Positions 1-11,381 of a stretch of 64,000 nucleotides of DNA are shown here, one piece after another; positions within the stretch are counted from its first letter, which is position 1; every line of letters starts with the position of its first letter. The notes below the pieces were generated by a model that saw only the letters and a list, made by a program, of their open reading frames with translations, had not been told where the DNA came from and did not search any database. The stretch lies in assembly GCA_963724765.1 (NCBI GenBank), contig CAVRVY010000001.1:960001-1024000 (forward strand), read 5' to 3'. Made by a program: the position numbers and the translations under genes. The stretch comes from an uncultured delta proteobacterium (GTDB lineage: Bacteria > Desulfobacterota > Binatia > Binatales > Binataceae).

Positions 1-2484
1 TATCTGCCGCAGGGACTCGGCAAGAACCTCTACCCAACCTTATCAATTTTCGAGAACGCCGACTTTTTTGGACGTCTGTTTGGTCAGTCGCGCGACGAGC
101 GCGAATGGCGGATCAAGGACCTCTTCGACAGCACCGACCTGTCACCGTTTCGCGACCGTCCGGCCGGCAAGCTCTCGGGCGGCATGAAGCAGAAGCTCGG
201 GCTGTGCTGCTCGCTTATCCACGACCCGGATTTGCTCATCCTCGACGAGCCCACTACTGGCGTCGATCCGTTGGCGCGGCGGCAATTCTGGGAACTTATC
301 GATCGCGTTCGGGCGCGCCGCCCGGGGATGAGCGTTTTGGTGGCTACAGCATACATGGACGAGGCCGAGCGTTTTGATTGGCTCGTCGCGATGAATGCCG
401 GGAAGGTGCTCGCCACTGGAACGCCGGACGAACTGAAGGGCAAGACTAACCAGCCGACGCTGGAAAAGGCCTTCATCCAGCTGCTGCCCGAAGAGTCCCG
501 CCGCGGCCATAAGGAACCGGAGATCACGCCTTACAAACCAAGCGGCGGCGCCCCGGCAATCGAGGCCCAGGGGCTGACACAGCGCTTCGGTTCGTTCACC
601 GCCGTTGATCACGTCAATTTCCGGATCGAGCGTGGTGAGATTTTCGGCTTCCTCGGCTCAAACGGCTGCGGCAAAACCACCACGATGAAGATGCTGACCG
701 GATTGCTGCCACCGACCGAAGGTACGGCATTGCTGTTGGGTCAGCAGGTCAAGGGTGGCGACGTCGAGTCGCGGCGACGCGTCGGCTTCATGACGCAGGC
801 GTTCTCGCTATATACGGAATTGACGGTGCGGCAGAATCTGCTGCTTCACGCGCGCCTTTTCGATATCCCGGAACCCTCTGCCACAGAGCGGGTAAACGAG
901 CTGCTGGCACGTTTCGCACTCGAGTCCGAGGCCGACACTTTGGCCGAGAGTTTGCCCCTCGGTATCCGGCAACGGCTGTCGCTGGCAGTCGCGGTGATTC
1001 ACCAGCCGGAGATGCTGATCCTGGACGAGCCCACGTCCGGAGTTGATCCGGTCGCGCGCGATGGCTTCTGGGAATTGTTGATCAAGCTGTCGCGCGAGAA
1101 CGGCGTCACGATCTTTCTCTCGACGCACTTCATGAATGAGGCCGAACGCTGCGATCGGATGTCGATGATGCACGCGGGCAAAGTGTTGGCGCAGGGACCG
1201 CCGGCCCAATTGGTAGCTGAACGCAAGGCCAAGAACCTCGAAGATGCGTTTATTGGTTACCTCGAAGAAGCGGCCGAAAAGAGTGTCACTGGCACAGCGA
1301 CAGTCGAGCCCGCAGCGGAACCGACCGCTCTCACGAGTCATCACGACAAGACTCCCAGCCGCTTCAGCCTGGGCCGCATATGGGCGTTTGCGCGGCGTGA
1401 AGCGGTCGAGCTGCAGCACGACACCGTTCGGCTCTCATTCGCGATTTTTGGTCCGATTCTCCTGATGATCGTGTTTGGCTACGGCATCTCACTCGATATC
1501 GATCATCTGCCGTTTGCGGTGCTGGATTCAGATAATACGCCGGCCAGCCGCGATTATACCGATAGCTATAGCGGTTCGTACTACCTCACTGAGCATGCAC
1601 CATTGCGGAGTTACGGTGATTTGGACCGTCGTCTACGCAATGGCGAGTTGCGCCTTGCCATTGAGATTCCGCCCGCGTTCCAGCGCGACTTGCAGCGCAA
1701 CCGGCAGCCGGAGATAAACGTAATCCTCGACGCCGCAATACCGTTTCGGGCCGAGACGGCTCGCGGCTACGTCGAAAGCGTTCACGATCATTATCTTACG
1801 CAGCTGCGCAAAGCACGCGGGCTTCCACCGCTCCAGAAGCCTGTGCAGTTTGAGGCGCGGGCGCTGTTCAATCAGGCGTTCAAGAGCATCTATGCGCTGG
1901 TACCCGGCGATATCATGCTCCTCCTGATTCTCATTCCCAGCATGTTGACCGCGTTAAGCGTGGTGCGCGAGAAGGAGTTGGGCTCGATCGCTAACTTTTA
2001 TGCGGCTCCGGCCACCCGCCTCGAATTTCTTTTCGGCAAACAATTGCCCTACTTCGCGGTTGCGCTGATTCAGTTTAGTGCTCTGGTCGCACTCGCAGTT
2101 TTCATGTTCCAGGTTCCATTCAAGGGTAGTCTCGCGACCCTTGTGCTGGGTGGCATGATCTATGTCCTCGCTAGCACGGGCTTCGGCCTGCTGATTTCGG
2201 TGTTTGCGACTACGCAAACGGCGGCGATTTTCGCGGCCGCTATCATTACTATTCTTCCGGCCACGCAGTTTTCTGGGATGTTCGTGCCGGCTTCCTCGCT
2301 CACCGGTGGTGCCCGCATCGCAGCGCGAATTTTCCCCAGCACCTACTTTCAGGCGATCTGCGTCGGTACCTTTACCAAAGCGCTCGGCTTTGCGGCACTG
2401 TGGCGCGACATTGTGGCGCTCCTTATTCTCGCTCTTATCTACTTCACTACTTCAGTCGTGCTGTTGAAGAAGCAGGAAGCCTAG
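1..2484 (+). CDS. rbbA: Ribosome-associated ATPase / dual-ABC plus ABC-2 permease fusion (RbbA/YhiH family), 5'-truncated by the window edge
   Basis: Frame is open from base 1 ([15 protein letters not shown]). Two ABC domains ([19 protein letters not shown]; [28 protein letters not shown]) followed by an ABC-2 membrane domain. Confidence 0.9.
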   Translation, partial: YLPQGLGKNLYPTLSIFENADFFGRLFGQSRDEREWRIKDLFDSTDLSPFRDRPAGKLSGGMKQKLGLCCSLIHDPDLLILDEPTTGVDPLARRQFWELIDRVRARRPGMSVLVATAYMDEAERFDWLVAMNAGKVLATGTPDELKGKTNQPTLEKAFIQLLPEESRRGHKEPEITPYKPSGGAPAIEAQGLTQRFGSFTAVDHVNFRIERGEIFGFLGSNGCGKTTTMKMLTGLLPPTEGTALLLGQQVKGGDVESRRRVGFMTQAFSLYTELTVRQNLLLHARLFDIPEPSATERVNELLARFALESEADTLAESLPLGIRQRLSLAVAVIHQPEMLILDEPTSGVDPVARDGFWELLIKLSRENGVTIFLSTHFMNEAERCDRMSMMHAGKVLAQGPPAQLVAERKAKNLEDAFIGYLEEAAEKSVTGTATVEPAAEPTALTSHHDKTPSRFSLGRIWAFARREAVELQHDTVRLSFAIFGPILLMIVFGYGISLDIDHLPFAVLDSDNTPASRDYTDSYSGSYYLTEHAPLRSYGDLDRRLRNGELRLAIEIPPAFQRDLQRNRQPEINVILDAAIPFRAETARGYVESVHDHYLTQLRKARGLPPLQKPVQFEARALFNQAFKSIYALVPGDIMLLLILIPSMLTALSVVREKELGSIANFYAAPATRLEFLFGKQLPYFAVALIQFSALVALAVFMFQVPFKGSLATLVLGGMIYVLASTGFGLLISVFATTQTAAIFAAAIITILPATQFSGMFVPASSLTGGARIAARIFPSTYFQAICVGTFTKALGFAALWRDIVALLILALIYFTTSVVLLKKQEA

Positions 2485-2487
2485 GCG

Positions 2488-3615
2488 GTGCAGCACGTCA
2501 AACATATTATTCAGCTCGGCGTTAAAGAGCTGCTGAGCTTGTTCCGTGACCCGGTCTTGTTGCTGCTGATCGCCTATTCGTTCACGTTTTCGGTTTACAC
2601 GCCAGCGAAGAGCGCCGTGATGGATGTGGTCAATGCTTCGGTCGCGGTCGTCGATGAGGATCATTCGGCAGCGTCGCGACAGATACGCGACTCGCTGCTG
2701 CCACCTCAGTTTCTGCCCGCAGTGGAACTGCCTTTTAGTGAAATCAATCGGACCATGGATGAAGGTCTCTATACCTTCATCATCGATATACCATCAAAGT
2801 TTCAGGAGAATCTTACCAAGGGTGCCACCCCGACAGTCGAGATAATCACTGATGCGACCGCGATGAGCCAGGCGGGTCGCGGCCCGTCGTATATTCAGAA
2901 CATCATCAATAGGGAAGTTCAACCCTTCTGGGCCAATCGCTCCAAATCCTCTAACCGCGAGCTGGTCAAGCTGGTCACCCGAGCTCGCTTCAACCCGAAT
3001 ATGCAACAGGGTTGGTTCGTCGCGATCAACCAGATCATCAACAACATCTCAGTGCTGGCGATCTTTCTGACCGGCGCCGCCGTCCTGCGCGAACGCGAGC
3101 ATGGAACGATCGAACATCTCCTGGTAATGCCGCTGCGTCCCTACGAACTCATGTTTGCGAAGATTTGGGCCAATGGCCTGGTCGTCGTCGTAGCGGTGAT
3201 GCTGTCGCTATATCTGGTCGTTAAAGGCGCGCTTGGGGTGCCGATTGCCGGCTCGATAACGCTTTTTGTCGGCGGTCTGGTGGTCTATCTTTTCTCGGTC
3301 ACGGCCTTGGGCATCATGCTCGCGACGCTGGTCCGCTCGATGCCGCAGTTCGGCTTGCTTGCCTTCCCGGTGTTCATCATGATGAGCCTGCTGTCGGGCG
3401 GTCAGACCCCGCTCGAGAGCATGCCGGTACCGCTGCAGAAGTTTATGCAGTTTGTGCCATCGACGGCCTTCGTCAGCTTTTCCCAGGCCGTGCTCTTCAG
3501 AAACGCAACATCGAGTATGGTGTGGCCCGATCTGCTCAAGATGTTTCTGATCGGATCTGCATACGTTACCTACTCGCTCAGCAGATTCAGAAAAATGCTA
3601 GCGGCAATTCAATAG
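2488..3615 (+). CDS. yhhJ: ABC-2 transporter permease (YhhJ-like)
   Basis: KELLSLFRD start, REREHGTIEHLLVMP motif, multiple TM segments, immediately after rbbA. Confidence 0.85.
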   Translation: MQHVKHIIQLGVKELLSLFRDPVLLLLIAYSFTFSVYTPAKSAVMDVVNASVAVVDEDHSAASRQIRDSLLPPQFLPAVELPFSEINRTMDEGLYTFIIDIPSKFQENLTKGATPTVEIITDATAMSQAGRGPSYIQNIINREVQPFWANRSKSSNRELVKLVTRARFNPNMQQGWFVAINQIINNISVLAIFLTGAAVLREREHGTIEHLLVMPLRPYELMFAKIWANGLVVVVAVMLSLYLVVKGALGVPIAGSITLFVGGLVVYLFSVTALGIMLATLVRSMPQFGLLAFPVFIMMSLLSGGQTPLESMPVPLQKFMQFVPSTAFVSFSQAVLFRNATSSMVWPDLLKMFLIGSAYVTYSLSRFRKMLAAIQ

Positions 3616-3627
3616 AGGAACTGTCGG

Positions 3628-5118
3628 GTGAAAACGAGCGCTTCGACAATTTTCGTTCTAATCAGATTATCAGCCTTTTTGCTGGTGGTGTTCTGTATCG
3701 CGGGATGTTCACCCGCGGCCGAGCCGAAAGGTATCTGGGGCAAGCTTTGGGGGATTGAGGTCGGCCCGGATTACAAACGTCCCGAAGTGAGACCAGTCGA
3801 GGATTTCCGCTCGCAAATCGGACCGTCAGAAGCGACCTCCCTCGCCGATCTGGCTTGGTGGCAGGTTTTCAATGACAAGGCCCTGCAGAGTCTGATAGCC
3901 ACCGCCCTTGAACACAACTATGATCTCGAACTCGCTGCAGATCGTGTCGAGCAGGCGCACGCATTAGTTGGAGTCGCAGCGTCGCAATTATATCCACAGA
4001 TCGGTTACCAGGGCTTCGCCGGGCGCGAGAAGGCTTTCGTGCCACTGGAACAAGCAGGAGGAAACATAACGTTCAATGCTTTTGGAGGTTTGCTTAACCT
4101 CGTCTGGGAGGTCGATGTGTGGGGACGGATTCGGCGGTCCACGGAGGCCGCGCGCGCGAATCTCTTCGCTCAGGAGTATGTGCGCCGCGGCGTCATGCTG
4201 ACTCTGGCCAGCGATGTAGCCGCCAGCTATTTCAGCCTGCTGGAACTTGACCGCGAACTCGCGATCGCGCAAGAAAGTTCTCGCACCTACAAACAGACTC
4301 TCGATCTTTTCACTCAGCGCTATCAGTTCGGCAGGGACAGCAAGCTGCCCGTAGCTCGCGCTCAGGCCGCTTACGATTCCAGTCTCGCGAGTGTTGCAAG
4401 TCTGAAACGCGCCATCGTTCAGCAGGAGAACGCGATTAGCATTCTGTTGGGTGCATACCCTGAAGAGATTCCGCGAGGGGCTCAACTGACCGAGCAAGCG
4501 ACGCCGCGCACGCCGCTAGGGCTCACCAGCGAGGTTATACAGCGCCGTCCTGATATTTTGCAGGCCGAGCAAAACGTGATGGGCTCAAATGCTCAGGTTG
4601 GTGTCGCGGTGGCGGGTTTCTTTCCGCGTATCGGACTTTCTGCACTGTACGGCGCGCAGAGTCCGAATATGAATCACCTGTTGGACAACAGCTTCAGCAT
4701 CTGGAACATCGCTGGCGGTCTGGCAGGTCCGATCTTCCAGGGTGGACAGATACTCGAAACCTATTACGCGCAACAAGCCCTGTGGGAAGGAACCATCGCG
4801 CAGTACAAGCAGACGGTCATCGTGGCGTTCCGCGAAGTGTCCGACGCACTAATAGCACAGACGACCTTGGTTGAGCAGCGGCAGGCTTTGCAGCATCAGG
4901 TCGCCTCATTGCGGGAATCGGTGGAGCTGTCCTTACTTCGATATAATGCGGGACGGGCGAGCTACTTCGAAGTGCTCGAAGCGGAGCAGTTGCTATTTCC
5001 AGCAGAAGACGCACTCGCTCAGACTCAACGCGATCAGCTGCTCGTGGTCGTCAGTCTCTATAAAGCGCTCGGCGGTGGATGGAATTTGAGCGACACGCAA
5101 TGGACTCAGGCGGACTAA
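3628..5118 (+). CDS. Efflux outer-membrane factor (NodT/OprM/TolC family)
   Basis: Lipobox-like IAGC, VGPDYKRP, WEVDVWGRIRR, RRPDILQAE, LYKALGGGW. Confidence 0.9.
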   Translation: MKTSASTIFVLIRLSAFLLVVFCIAGCSPAAEPKGIWGKLWGIEVGPDYKRPEVRPVEDFRSQIGPSEATSLADLAWWQVFNDKALQSLIATALEHNYDLELAADRVEQAHALVGVAASQLYPQIGYQGFAGREKAFVPLEQAGGNITFNAFGGLLNLVWEVDVWGRIRRSTEAARANLFAQEYVRRGVMLTLASDVAASYFSLLELDRELAIAQESSRTYKQTLDLFTQRYQFGRDSKLPVARAQAAYDSSLASVASLKRAIVQQENAISILLGAYPEEIPRGAQLTEQATPRTPLGLTSEVIQRRPDILQAEQNVMGSNAQVGVAVAGFFPRIGLSALYGAQSPNMNHLLDNSFSIWNIAGGLAGPIFQGGQILETYYAQQALWEGTIAQYKQTVIVAFREVSDALIAQTTLVEQRQALQHQVASLRESVELSLLRYNAGRASYFEVLEAEQLLFPAEDALAQTQRDQLLVVVSLYKALGGGWNLSDTQWTQAD

Positions 5119-5166
5119 TATCAGCTGTCGAAGGTTTCACGGTTGCGAAAGTAGAGGGCCATACCG

Positions 5167-6009
5167 TTGCGCAAAGAGCCAGCAGATAAAACAAAAGCAA
5201 AGCCCCGTTCGAGCCTCCCAGAAGGGAAAGCTGCAAAGCTCAAGAACAAGGAGTTCGAAAGCCAACTTGCGAACCTTCAAGCCGAACTGGTCAAGGTGCA
5301 GCTATGGGTGCAGCACAAGGGCTTGAAGATCATCGTCATCTTCGAAGGACGCGACGCCGCAGGCAAGGGCGGCGTCATCAAGCGGATCACCGAAAGAGTC
5401 AGCCCCAGAGTGTTCAGGGTTGTAGCGCTGCCGGCTCCGACCGAACGAGAGAAATCCCAAATGTACGTGCAGCGCTACCTCCCGCACCTTCCGGCAGCAG
5501 GCGAAGTGGTCATATTCGATCGCAGTTGGTACAACCGCGCAGGAGTGGAACGTGTGATGGGGTTCTGCACCGAACAAGAGGTTGTCCGGTTTCTCGAACT
5601 CGTTCCGAGTTGGGAACGCGCTATCGTCCAGTCGGGAATCATTCTCGTTAAGTATTGGTTCGAAGTGAGCCAGCAGGAACAGACCAGACGTTTTCTTTCG
5701 CGCATCGATGATGGTCGGAAAATCTGGAAGCTGAGCCCGATGGATCTCGAGTCTCACAAACGTTGGTACGATTATTCTCGGGCCAAGGACGAGATGCTCC
5801 TCGCAACCGATACTTCATTCGCGCCCTGGTATATCGTCAATGCCGATGACAAGCGGCGGGCGCGACTGAACTGCATTTCACATCTTTTAAGCGTCATTCC
5901 GTACGCGGAGATCGAGTGGGAAAAGGTTAAACTTCCCGAACGGCAGAAAGCGCATGGCTATGAAGAACCAAAAAACCGTCGCTATAACTTGGTGCCGGAA
6001 GTGTTCTGA
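5167..6009 (+). CDS. ppk2: Polyphosphate kinase 2
   Basis: FEGRDAAGKGG Walker A, FDRSWYNRAGVERVMGF, WKLSPMD, DDKRRARLNCI. Confidence 0.95.
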   Translation: MRKEPADKTKAKPRSSLPEGKAAKLKNKEFESQLANLQAELVKVQLWVQHKGLKIIVIFEGRDAAGKGGVIKRITERVSPRVFRVVALPAPTEREKSQMYVQRYLPHLPAAGEVVIFDRSWYNRAGVERVMGFCTEQEVVRFLELVPSWERAIVQSGIILVKYWFEVSQQEQTRRFLSRIDDGRKIWKLSPMDLESHKRWYDYSRAKDEMLLATDTSFAPWYIVNADDKRRARLNCISHLLSVIPYAEIEWEKVKLPERQKAHGYEEPKNRRYNLVPEVF

Positions 6010-6147
6010 TGAAAAGCTTGCGAGCGCCGAAATTCGACCGAAATTACGTCTGCTGACACAGCGAGGAGCAATCATGATTTGACTTGGCCCGGGGACTTTC
6101 GAAGGCTTCCCGTCACTTAGATCGTGGGCGGCCACAAGCGCTGGTAG

Positions 6148-6785
6148 GCTCTCGACGAGCGGACACTGTTAGCGCTGGGCGAGGAATCGGGAAAGGTCGT
6201 CGAAGTAGTCTCGTCCGTCGGGGAGACGCTAGTCGAGGGGAGAGTCCTGCTGCGGGTCTTGGGCGGGCGACAACTGATCGAGGGAAAGGCCTGGAAGAAG
6301 GCGTTTGGGACGGGCGGCGAGCGCACGTTTGAGCAGGATCCAAAATACCTATCCGTCTACTGGTGGATATTGCGATCAGAGCGCTCTCTCCGGCGATAAA
6401 TGATCCCACCACGGCAGTTCAGGCCCTTGACCAAATCGAAGATCCGCTGTTGCGGATCGGCAGCCGGCGTCTGGAAATCGGTGTGGTTCGAGACCGCGAG
6501 GGGGCTCTCAGGGTGGTGATCTCGCACCCGACGTGGGAAGATTTTCTAACATTGGCATTCGATGAGATACGTTTCCGCGGCGCCACCAGCTTACAGGTGA
6601 TGCGTCGCATGAAAGCCTTGATCGGCGATCTGTTTTCTGCGCTGCCTTAGGAGCGCCGCGAATCACTGAGAGACCACCAAAAGCGGTTGGATTCGACCAT
6701 CGCGCGGTCCTTCTCCGACCCAGAAGAACAACAAGAGGCTGCGGTGGAAGACCGACAAGGGCTGGGCGTTCCGCGTAGTCATTAG
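6148..6785 (+). pseudogene. DUF2254-family membrane protein pseudogene (C-terminal part)
   Basis: ERTFEQDPKY, then a 1-nt frameshift near 6349, then IRLLVDIAIRALSPAINDPTTAVQALDQIED. In-frame TAG at 6648-6650, homology-like sequence continues to EDRQGLG (stop 6785). N-terminal TM half absent. Confidence 0.75.
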
Positions 6786-6874
6786 GCTGCCCGTCCTTCG
6801 CCGTCAGCGCCAGGTGGTCAACGGAAGCAGCGCATGATACGAACTCCGATCGCCAGACCACCAGAAACAATACC

Positions 6875-7528
6875 GTGACTACCTCGTCAAGGCCTTCTCC
6901 CCAGCAGACCGTTACGCCTCCGCGAGGGGCGGCCATCGCCGGCGTAATTTTCTCAGTCCTGTTGATCGTCGGTCTGGGACTTGCGCGCTACGCTGTCCCG
7001 GCTGATCCGAACTTGCCGGGCGTTTGGATGACCGACCCAGACCGCCGAAACGCGGTACGATTTGCACTGGACCTGGTTCCGTTTGCCGGGATCGCATTTC
7101 TGTGGTTCATCGGTGTCCTCCGCAACCGCTTGGGAGAGCTTGAAGATCAGTTCTTCGCGACCGTATTTCTCGCTAGCGGGTTGCTGTTTGTGGCTTGCAT
7201 GTTCGCTGCCGCGGCCGTTATGGGGGCGCTGATTGAGTCGGTGGCGGCCAGCAACATCGATAGCGCAACTTACTATTTCGGACGCCGCATATGCGACGCG
7301 TTGATTAACTTGTTCGCCATGAAGATGGCCGGCGTTTTCATGATCTCAGCCTGCACCATAGGGTTGCGTACTGCCGTTTTCCCGCGTTGGATAGCGTTCT
7401 CGGGCTATGCGTGTGCTCTAGTGCTGTTGGTAGTGATCGCCAATTGGCGATGGATCACACTAGTCTTCCCGATCTGGATGCTGCTGGTCAGCGCGCAGAT
7501 TTTGTTAACGGAGTTTGGCTCCCCGTGA
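6875..7528 (+). CDS. Hypothetical multi-pass membrane protein
   Basis: About 6 hydrophobic helices; PFAGIAFLWFIGVLRNRLGELEDQFFATVFL. Confidence 0.7.
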   Translation: MTTSSRPSPQQTVTPPRGAAIAGVIFSVLLIVGLGLARYAVPADPNLPGVWMTDPDRRNAVRFALDLVPFAGIAFLWFIGVLRNRLGELEDQFFATVFLASGLLFVACMFAAAAVMGALIESVAASNIDSATYYFGRRICDALINLFAMKMAGVFMISACTIGLRTAVFPRWIAFSGYACALVLLVVIANWRWITLVFPIWMLLVSAQILLTEFGSP

Positions 7529-7598
7529 AGCGAATGGAGCCGCTGTGGGATACCGTCAGCCGTAAGCACTAACCTGGGGATTAAAGGGATCTAAGCAA

Positions 7599-7994
7599 AT
7601 GGCCGAACAGCCTCCGAGGAGCGCCCCGGCGCTCGACACTTCGACCGAGCTCGCGTTCGAGCGCACGCGCAATTCGTACGAGAACACCATGATGTCGTGG
7701 ATCAGAACCGCGACTTCGCTAATCACGTTTGGCTTCAGCATCTATAAATTCTTTCAGATCGAAGCGCCAAGCGAGAAGCAACAGAATTACCTCATCGGAC
7801 CGCGTGAGTTCGCACTCGCGCTAGTCAGCATTGGACTCATCTCGCTGCTGCTGGCTACCCTTGAAAACCGCCAGAACATCCGAAGACTCGGAGCGCAACA
7901 CGCCGGTAAACAGCGCTCACTGTCCGTGCTGGTCGCTGCGTTGATCGCGATACTGGGGTTACTTGCACTACTCGCGATGATTTTTCGGGAATAG
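7599..7994 (+). CDS. YidH/DUF202 family membrane protein
   Basis: ELAFERT...WIRTATSLITFGF motif, 3 TM segments. Confidence 0.85.
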   Translation: MAEQPPRSAPALDTSTELAFERTRNSYENTMMSWIRTATSLITFGFSIYKFFQIEAPSEKQQNYLIGPREFALALVSIGLISLLLATLENRQNIRRLGAQHAGKQRSLSVLVAALIAILGLLALLAMIFRE

Positions 7995-8122
7995 CTGTCC
8001 GAAAACGGCATGAAAACAAAGATGCCGCCACTCCAACTGCTCGGTCGCGACCTCGCCTTCGGCCACATCCGCAGCGTGCAAACTCGGCCTGAGGCGCAAC
8101 AAGAGATCAAGGAGGTCGTACG

Positions 8123-9241
8123 TTGAAGAGAGGTCTTTCGATACTGGCGGTAACACTGATCGGCGCTGCACTCGCCGCTCCCGCATATTCGCAAACCGGC
8201 AGTTCCCCGGTCGCCTCTGCGCAAGGCGAGACGCCCGAGCTTCGTGTGGCGGCAATCATTGCTCCGCCGAACGTTATGGAACGGAACGGCACCCTGACCG
8301 GATTCAGCATCGACCTTTGGAACGCGATTGCTGCTCGGCTGAAGGTAAAGACGAGCTATCAGATCGAGCCCGATGTAAGCCATTTGGAAGAAGCGTTGCG
8401 GTCCAAAAACGCCGACCTCAGCCTCAGCCTATTTATAACTTCGGCGCGTGACGAGGTTTTCGATTTTTCGATCCCAACATTGCAAGCAGGGCTGCAAGTT
8501 ATGGTGCGCGATACCGGCGAGACGGCGCAGACTACAAGCCCCTTATGGGACCTGCTCCGTCTGCTGTTTTCGCGAACGACCATAGTGTGGCTCGGCATCG
8601 CCCTGCTGCTCGTCCTGATTCCGGCCCATCTCGTCTGGCTGTTCGAACGGCGGCGCCCTGACGGAATCATTTCGAGCCCGAACTACTTTCCGGGAATCTT
8701 CGAGGCATTCTTTTGGGCGATTTCGACGCTGACGGGATCACCCGAGGGGATGCCGCATCAATTGGTGGCGCGCGCCTTCGCAATTTTCTGGATATTTGCC
8801 GGTGTGGTTTTCGTTGCTTTCTATACCGCCCAACTAACGACCACCTTGACGGTGGAGCAGATTCGCGGCGCTATCGAGGGGCCGGGTGATTTGCCTGGTA
8901 AGCAGGTCGCCACGCTAGCGGGCAGCACCGCGGTTGACTATCTCCGGGGTCAGAACGCACAGGTGGAGGAGTTCCCGACACCTGATCAAGTGTATAAGGC
9001 TCTGCTGGACAAGAAAGTGGATGCGGTGCTCTTGCCCGCGCCAATACTCCTCTACTATGCAGCTCATGAGGGAAAGGGACGGGTGAAGACGGTCGGTCCC
9101 GAATTTAATACTGCGCCAGCCGCCATCATGGTGCAGCTGGACAGCCCGCTGCGCAGAAAGATCAATCTTGCGTTGATCGCGCTTCGTGAGAACGGCACCT
9201 ATCAGCAGATCTACGACAAGTGGTTCGGCACCGCCCCTTAG
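8123..9241 (+). CDS. Periplasmic-binding-domain plus pore fusion (GluR0-like ligand-gated channel)
   Basis: Signal peptide, SBP family 3 lobe (GFSIDLW), TM-WLFERR-pore helix-TM (YTAQLTTTLT), second SBP lobe ending IYDKWFG. Confidence 0.8.
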   Translation: MKRGLSILAVTLIGAALAAPAYSQTGSSPVASAQGETPELRVAAIIAPPNVMERNGTLTGFSIDLWNAIAARLKVKTSYQIEPDVSHLEEALRSKNADLSLSLFITSARDEVFDFSIPTLQAGLQVMVRDTGETAQTTSPLWDLLRLLFSRTTIVWLGIALLLVLIPAHLVWLFERRRPDGIISSPNYFPGIFEAFFWAISTLTGSPEGMPHQLVARAFAIFWIFAGVVFVAFYTAQLTTTLTVEQIRGAIEGPGDLPGKQVATLAGSTAVDYLRGQNAQVEEFPTPDQVYKALLDKKVDAVLLPAPILLYYAAHEGKGRVKTVGPEFNTAPAAIMVQLDSPLRRKINLALIALRENGTYQQIYDKWFGTAP

Positions 9242-10107
9242 GAAGCGCCAACTTGAGGTTGCTTCGTTTCCAATTCGGGCCCTCCGCCATTGTCTTGGGC
9301 TTGCTGCTGAGCACCGCTCTGGCGGTATCTGCACAAGCGCAACAAGCGCCGACGCCTGCGCAAGCGTCCACCAGCGTCATGACCGATCAGGAGCTGGCGA
9401 TAGCCGTTCATAACCCGTTTGAGGATTTTGTCAAAGTTCCGATTCAGTCCGCGACCGGATTTCAACTAGGTCCGCATCATAAAGTCGGCGAAAGCGTAAA
9501 TATCGAGCCGATAGTGCCGTTTTCGCTGAATGCGGATTGGGACCTGTTCGCACGGCCGAGCCTGACCGTCAGTTACGCTCCCACTCCGCATGAACAATCC
9601 GGGCTGGAAGACTTGGAAACTTCTTTTTTTCTCGCGCCGGCCAAGGCGAGCACCTGGATTTGGGGCTTAGGTCCGATCTTTGACTTCCCCACTGCCAGCA
9701 GCTCGGAATTGGGAACCGGCCGCTGGTCGGCCGGACCAACTGCGGTGCTCGCTTACTCAGAGGGTCCGTGGTCCAACTACATACTCGCATACCAACTAAT
9801 GTCGTTCGCTGGAAATCGCGAGCGCGGAAGCGTGAATCAGACCTACATCGAGCCACAAATCAGCTACAACTTCGAGAGCGGTTGGTTCGTCGACTGCGAT
9901 CCCGCCATTACCTACGACTGGACAGCCGAGACGGCCAACGCGTGGACTATTCCGATGGGCGCGGATATCGGCAAGGCGTTCAAGATGGGCTCTCAGGATT
10001 TGAGTCTGCAGGTTGGCGCGTACGACCTTCTGAAGCGTCCGGATGACGCACCGCAGTGGATACTCCGCGTGAGCGTAACGTTCCTGTTCCCCACAGGTAT
10101 TCAGTGA
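9220..10107 (+). CDS. Putative outer-membrane beta-barrel protein (MetA-pathway/'neuromedin U'-annotated family)
   Basis: Signal peptide, NP motif, WGLGPIFDFPTASSSELGTGRWSAGP, C-terminal VTFLFP. Confidence 0.7.
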   Translation: MVRHRPLGSANLRLLRFQFGPSAIVLGLLLSTALAVSAQAQQAPTPAQASTSVMTDQELAIAVHNPFEDFVKVPIQSATGFQLGPHHKVGESVNIEPIVPFSLNADWDLFARPSLTVSYAPTPHEQSGLEDLETSFFLAPAKASTWIWGLGPIFDFPTASSSELGTGRWSAGPTAVLAYSEGPWSNYILAYQLMSFAGNRERGSVNQTYIEPQISYNFESGWFVDCDPAITYDWTAETANAWTIPMGADIGKAFKMGSQDLSLQVGAYDLLKRPDDAPQWILRVSVTFLFPTGIQ

Positions 10108-10209
10108 GAAGCGAAATGGATTGGACCACACGCGGGTGGAGGGACTTCGCCGGCGCGGCCTGACGAAAGAGAGCGAAGCTTTTGTGCGGCGGCCGACAGG
10201 CGAGCTCGG

Positions 10210-11112
10210 TTAGTTTCGTGACCACCAGTCTCTTAGCTGCGGAAACGCGACCGTCAGACCGAAGTTGATCGTAGTCTGCGGCGCGCGCGCGGCGAATTGC
10301 CTATAGACCATCCACTGTCCCGTCACGAAGAGACTCATCGGCGGCAGCCCCGGACGCACAATCGATCGACCGAGACCGATGCTCAGCGGCAACATCGTGG
10401 GGTTTTTGTGGTGCCAACCCATCGTCCAGTTTGCGTCCGCTGACCGGAGATACCATTTGTCCCATAAATGAAGTGCAAAGACTGGTTGGAACTCAAAAGT
10501 GTTTTGCGGTGGACGCTTGGGTGACGTGTACGCGAAGCTAACGGGATTCTGGACAACGAACCCTGCCAGCAGTCCGGGAATGCCCGTGTAGATACCTCCA
10601 AACGCTGGTCCGACCTGCCAAGCACCTTGCCCGGCGCTTTTGGAGGTCGCGGTCGGAAACACAAATGTAGGTCCCACTCCGATCAGGAACCCGGTTTTCT
10701 TCCTGTCTGGCCATGGCAGAACCGCTACATCGAACATAGGCAGGTCACCGAACTCGGTGCGCGTTCCGCCTCGAGAGCTCGGCATTGTCACGAGTGCGAA
10801 AGTGGGTCGTACCAGCTGGACAAAGGGAAGTAGTGTGTTGGGCGGTATGCGCGGGATCAATGGTCGAATGATTAATTGGTTGGTCTTTTCATTTCTGAAG
10901 CACGATTGTGGCGTGCAAGGTCCGTAATTGGCTGGCGTGTAGCTATCCCGAACGAGCACCTGTGGCAGGGTCGTCAGCGGATCGTTGAAGTCTTGCTCCA
11001 ACTTTTCTTCGGCCGTCAGCGTCGTCGGAGCCTGGGCGAATCCAGCGCTCGGAGTGATCATCCAGAAGAGCATCAGCAACATACCAAGCGCTGCAAGAGT
11101 CCTCGTCAACAT
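10210..11112 (-). CDS. Putative outer-membrane beta-barrel protein, paralogue of 9220-10107
   Basis: Signal peptide, GVGPTFVFPTATSKSAGQGAWQVGP, C-terminal LTVAFP. Confidence 0.65.
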   Translation of the reverse strand: MLTRTLAALGMLLMLFWMITPSAGFAQAPTTLTAEEKLEQDFNDPLTTLPQVLVRDSYTPANYGPCTPQSCFRNEKTNQLIIRPLIPRIPPNTLLPFVQLVRPTFALVTMPSSRGGTRTEFGDLPMFDVAVLPWPDRKKTGFLIGVGPTFVFPTATSKSAGQGAWQVGPAFGGIYTGIPGLLAGFVVQNPVSFAYTSPKRPPQNTFEFQPVFALHLWDKWYLRSADANWTMGWHHKNPTMLPLSIGLGRSIVRPGLPPMSLFVTGQWMVYRQFAARAPQTTINFGLTVAFPQLRDWWSRN

Positions 11113-11138
11113 TTTTGGTCTCAGTGAGAACTTTGCAC

Positions 11139-11381
11139 TTATCGCAGCGCGGTCGCCAGACGGCGTGGGCTTGTGTCGGTCTTGAGGCGGCCGCCGCGAA
11201 TCGCCTTGACCAAAGTCTTATAGTCGCGTTCGACCTGATCGGCGTATGCGACCGCGTAATCTCCGATCGCTTCGTCAAACTGATCGCTGCTGCCCAGATA
11301 CCCCGCTATGATTGCTGAATCACCTGCTTTGTCATGAGCCCGGGCCAGCGTCAGCCCGCAAATTTTGGCATACGCCTGCAA
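11139..11381 (-). pseudogene. DUF2252 C-terminal fragment
   Basis: CGLTLARAHDKAGDSAIIAGYLGSSDQFDEAI...YADQVERD parallels the C-terminus of 11542-12966. Confidence 0.75.

Noticed and set aside
6648-6650. Programmed TAG readthrough (pyrrolysine) in the DUF2254 gene
   Set aside because: The same gene also has a frameshift and lacks its N-terminus, so ordinary decay explains it.
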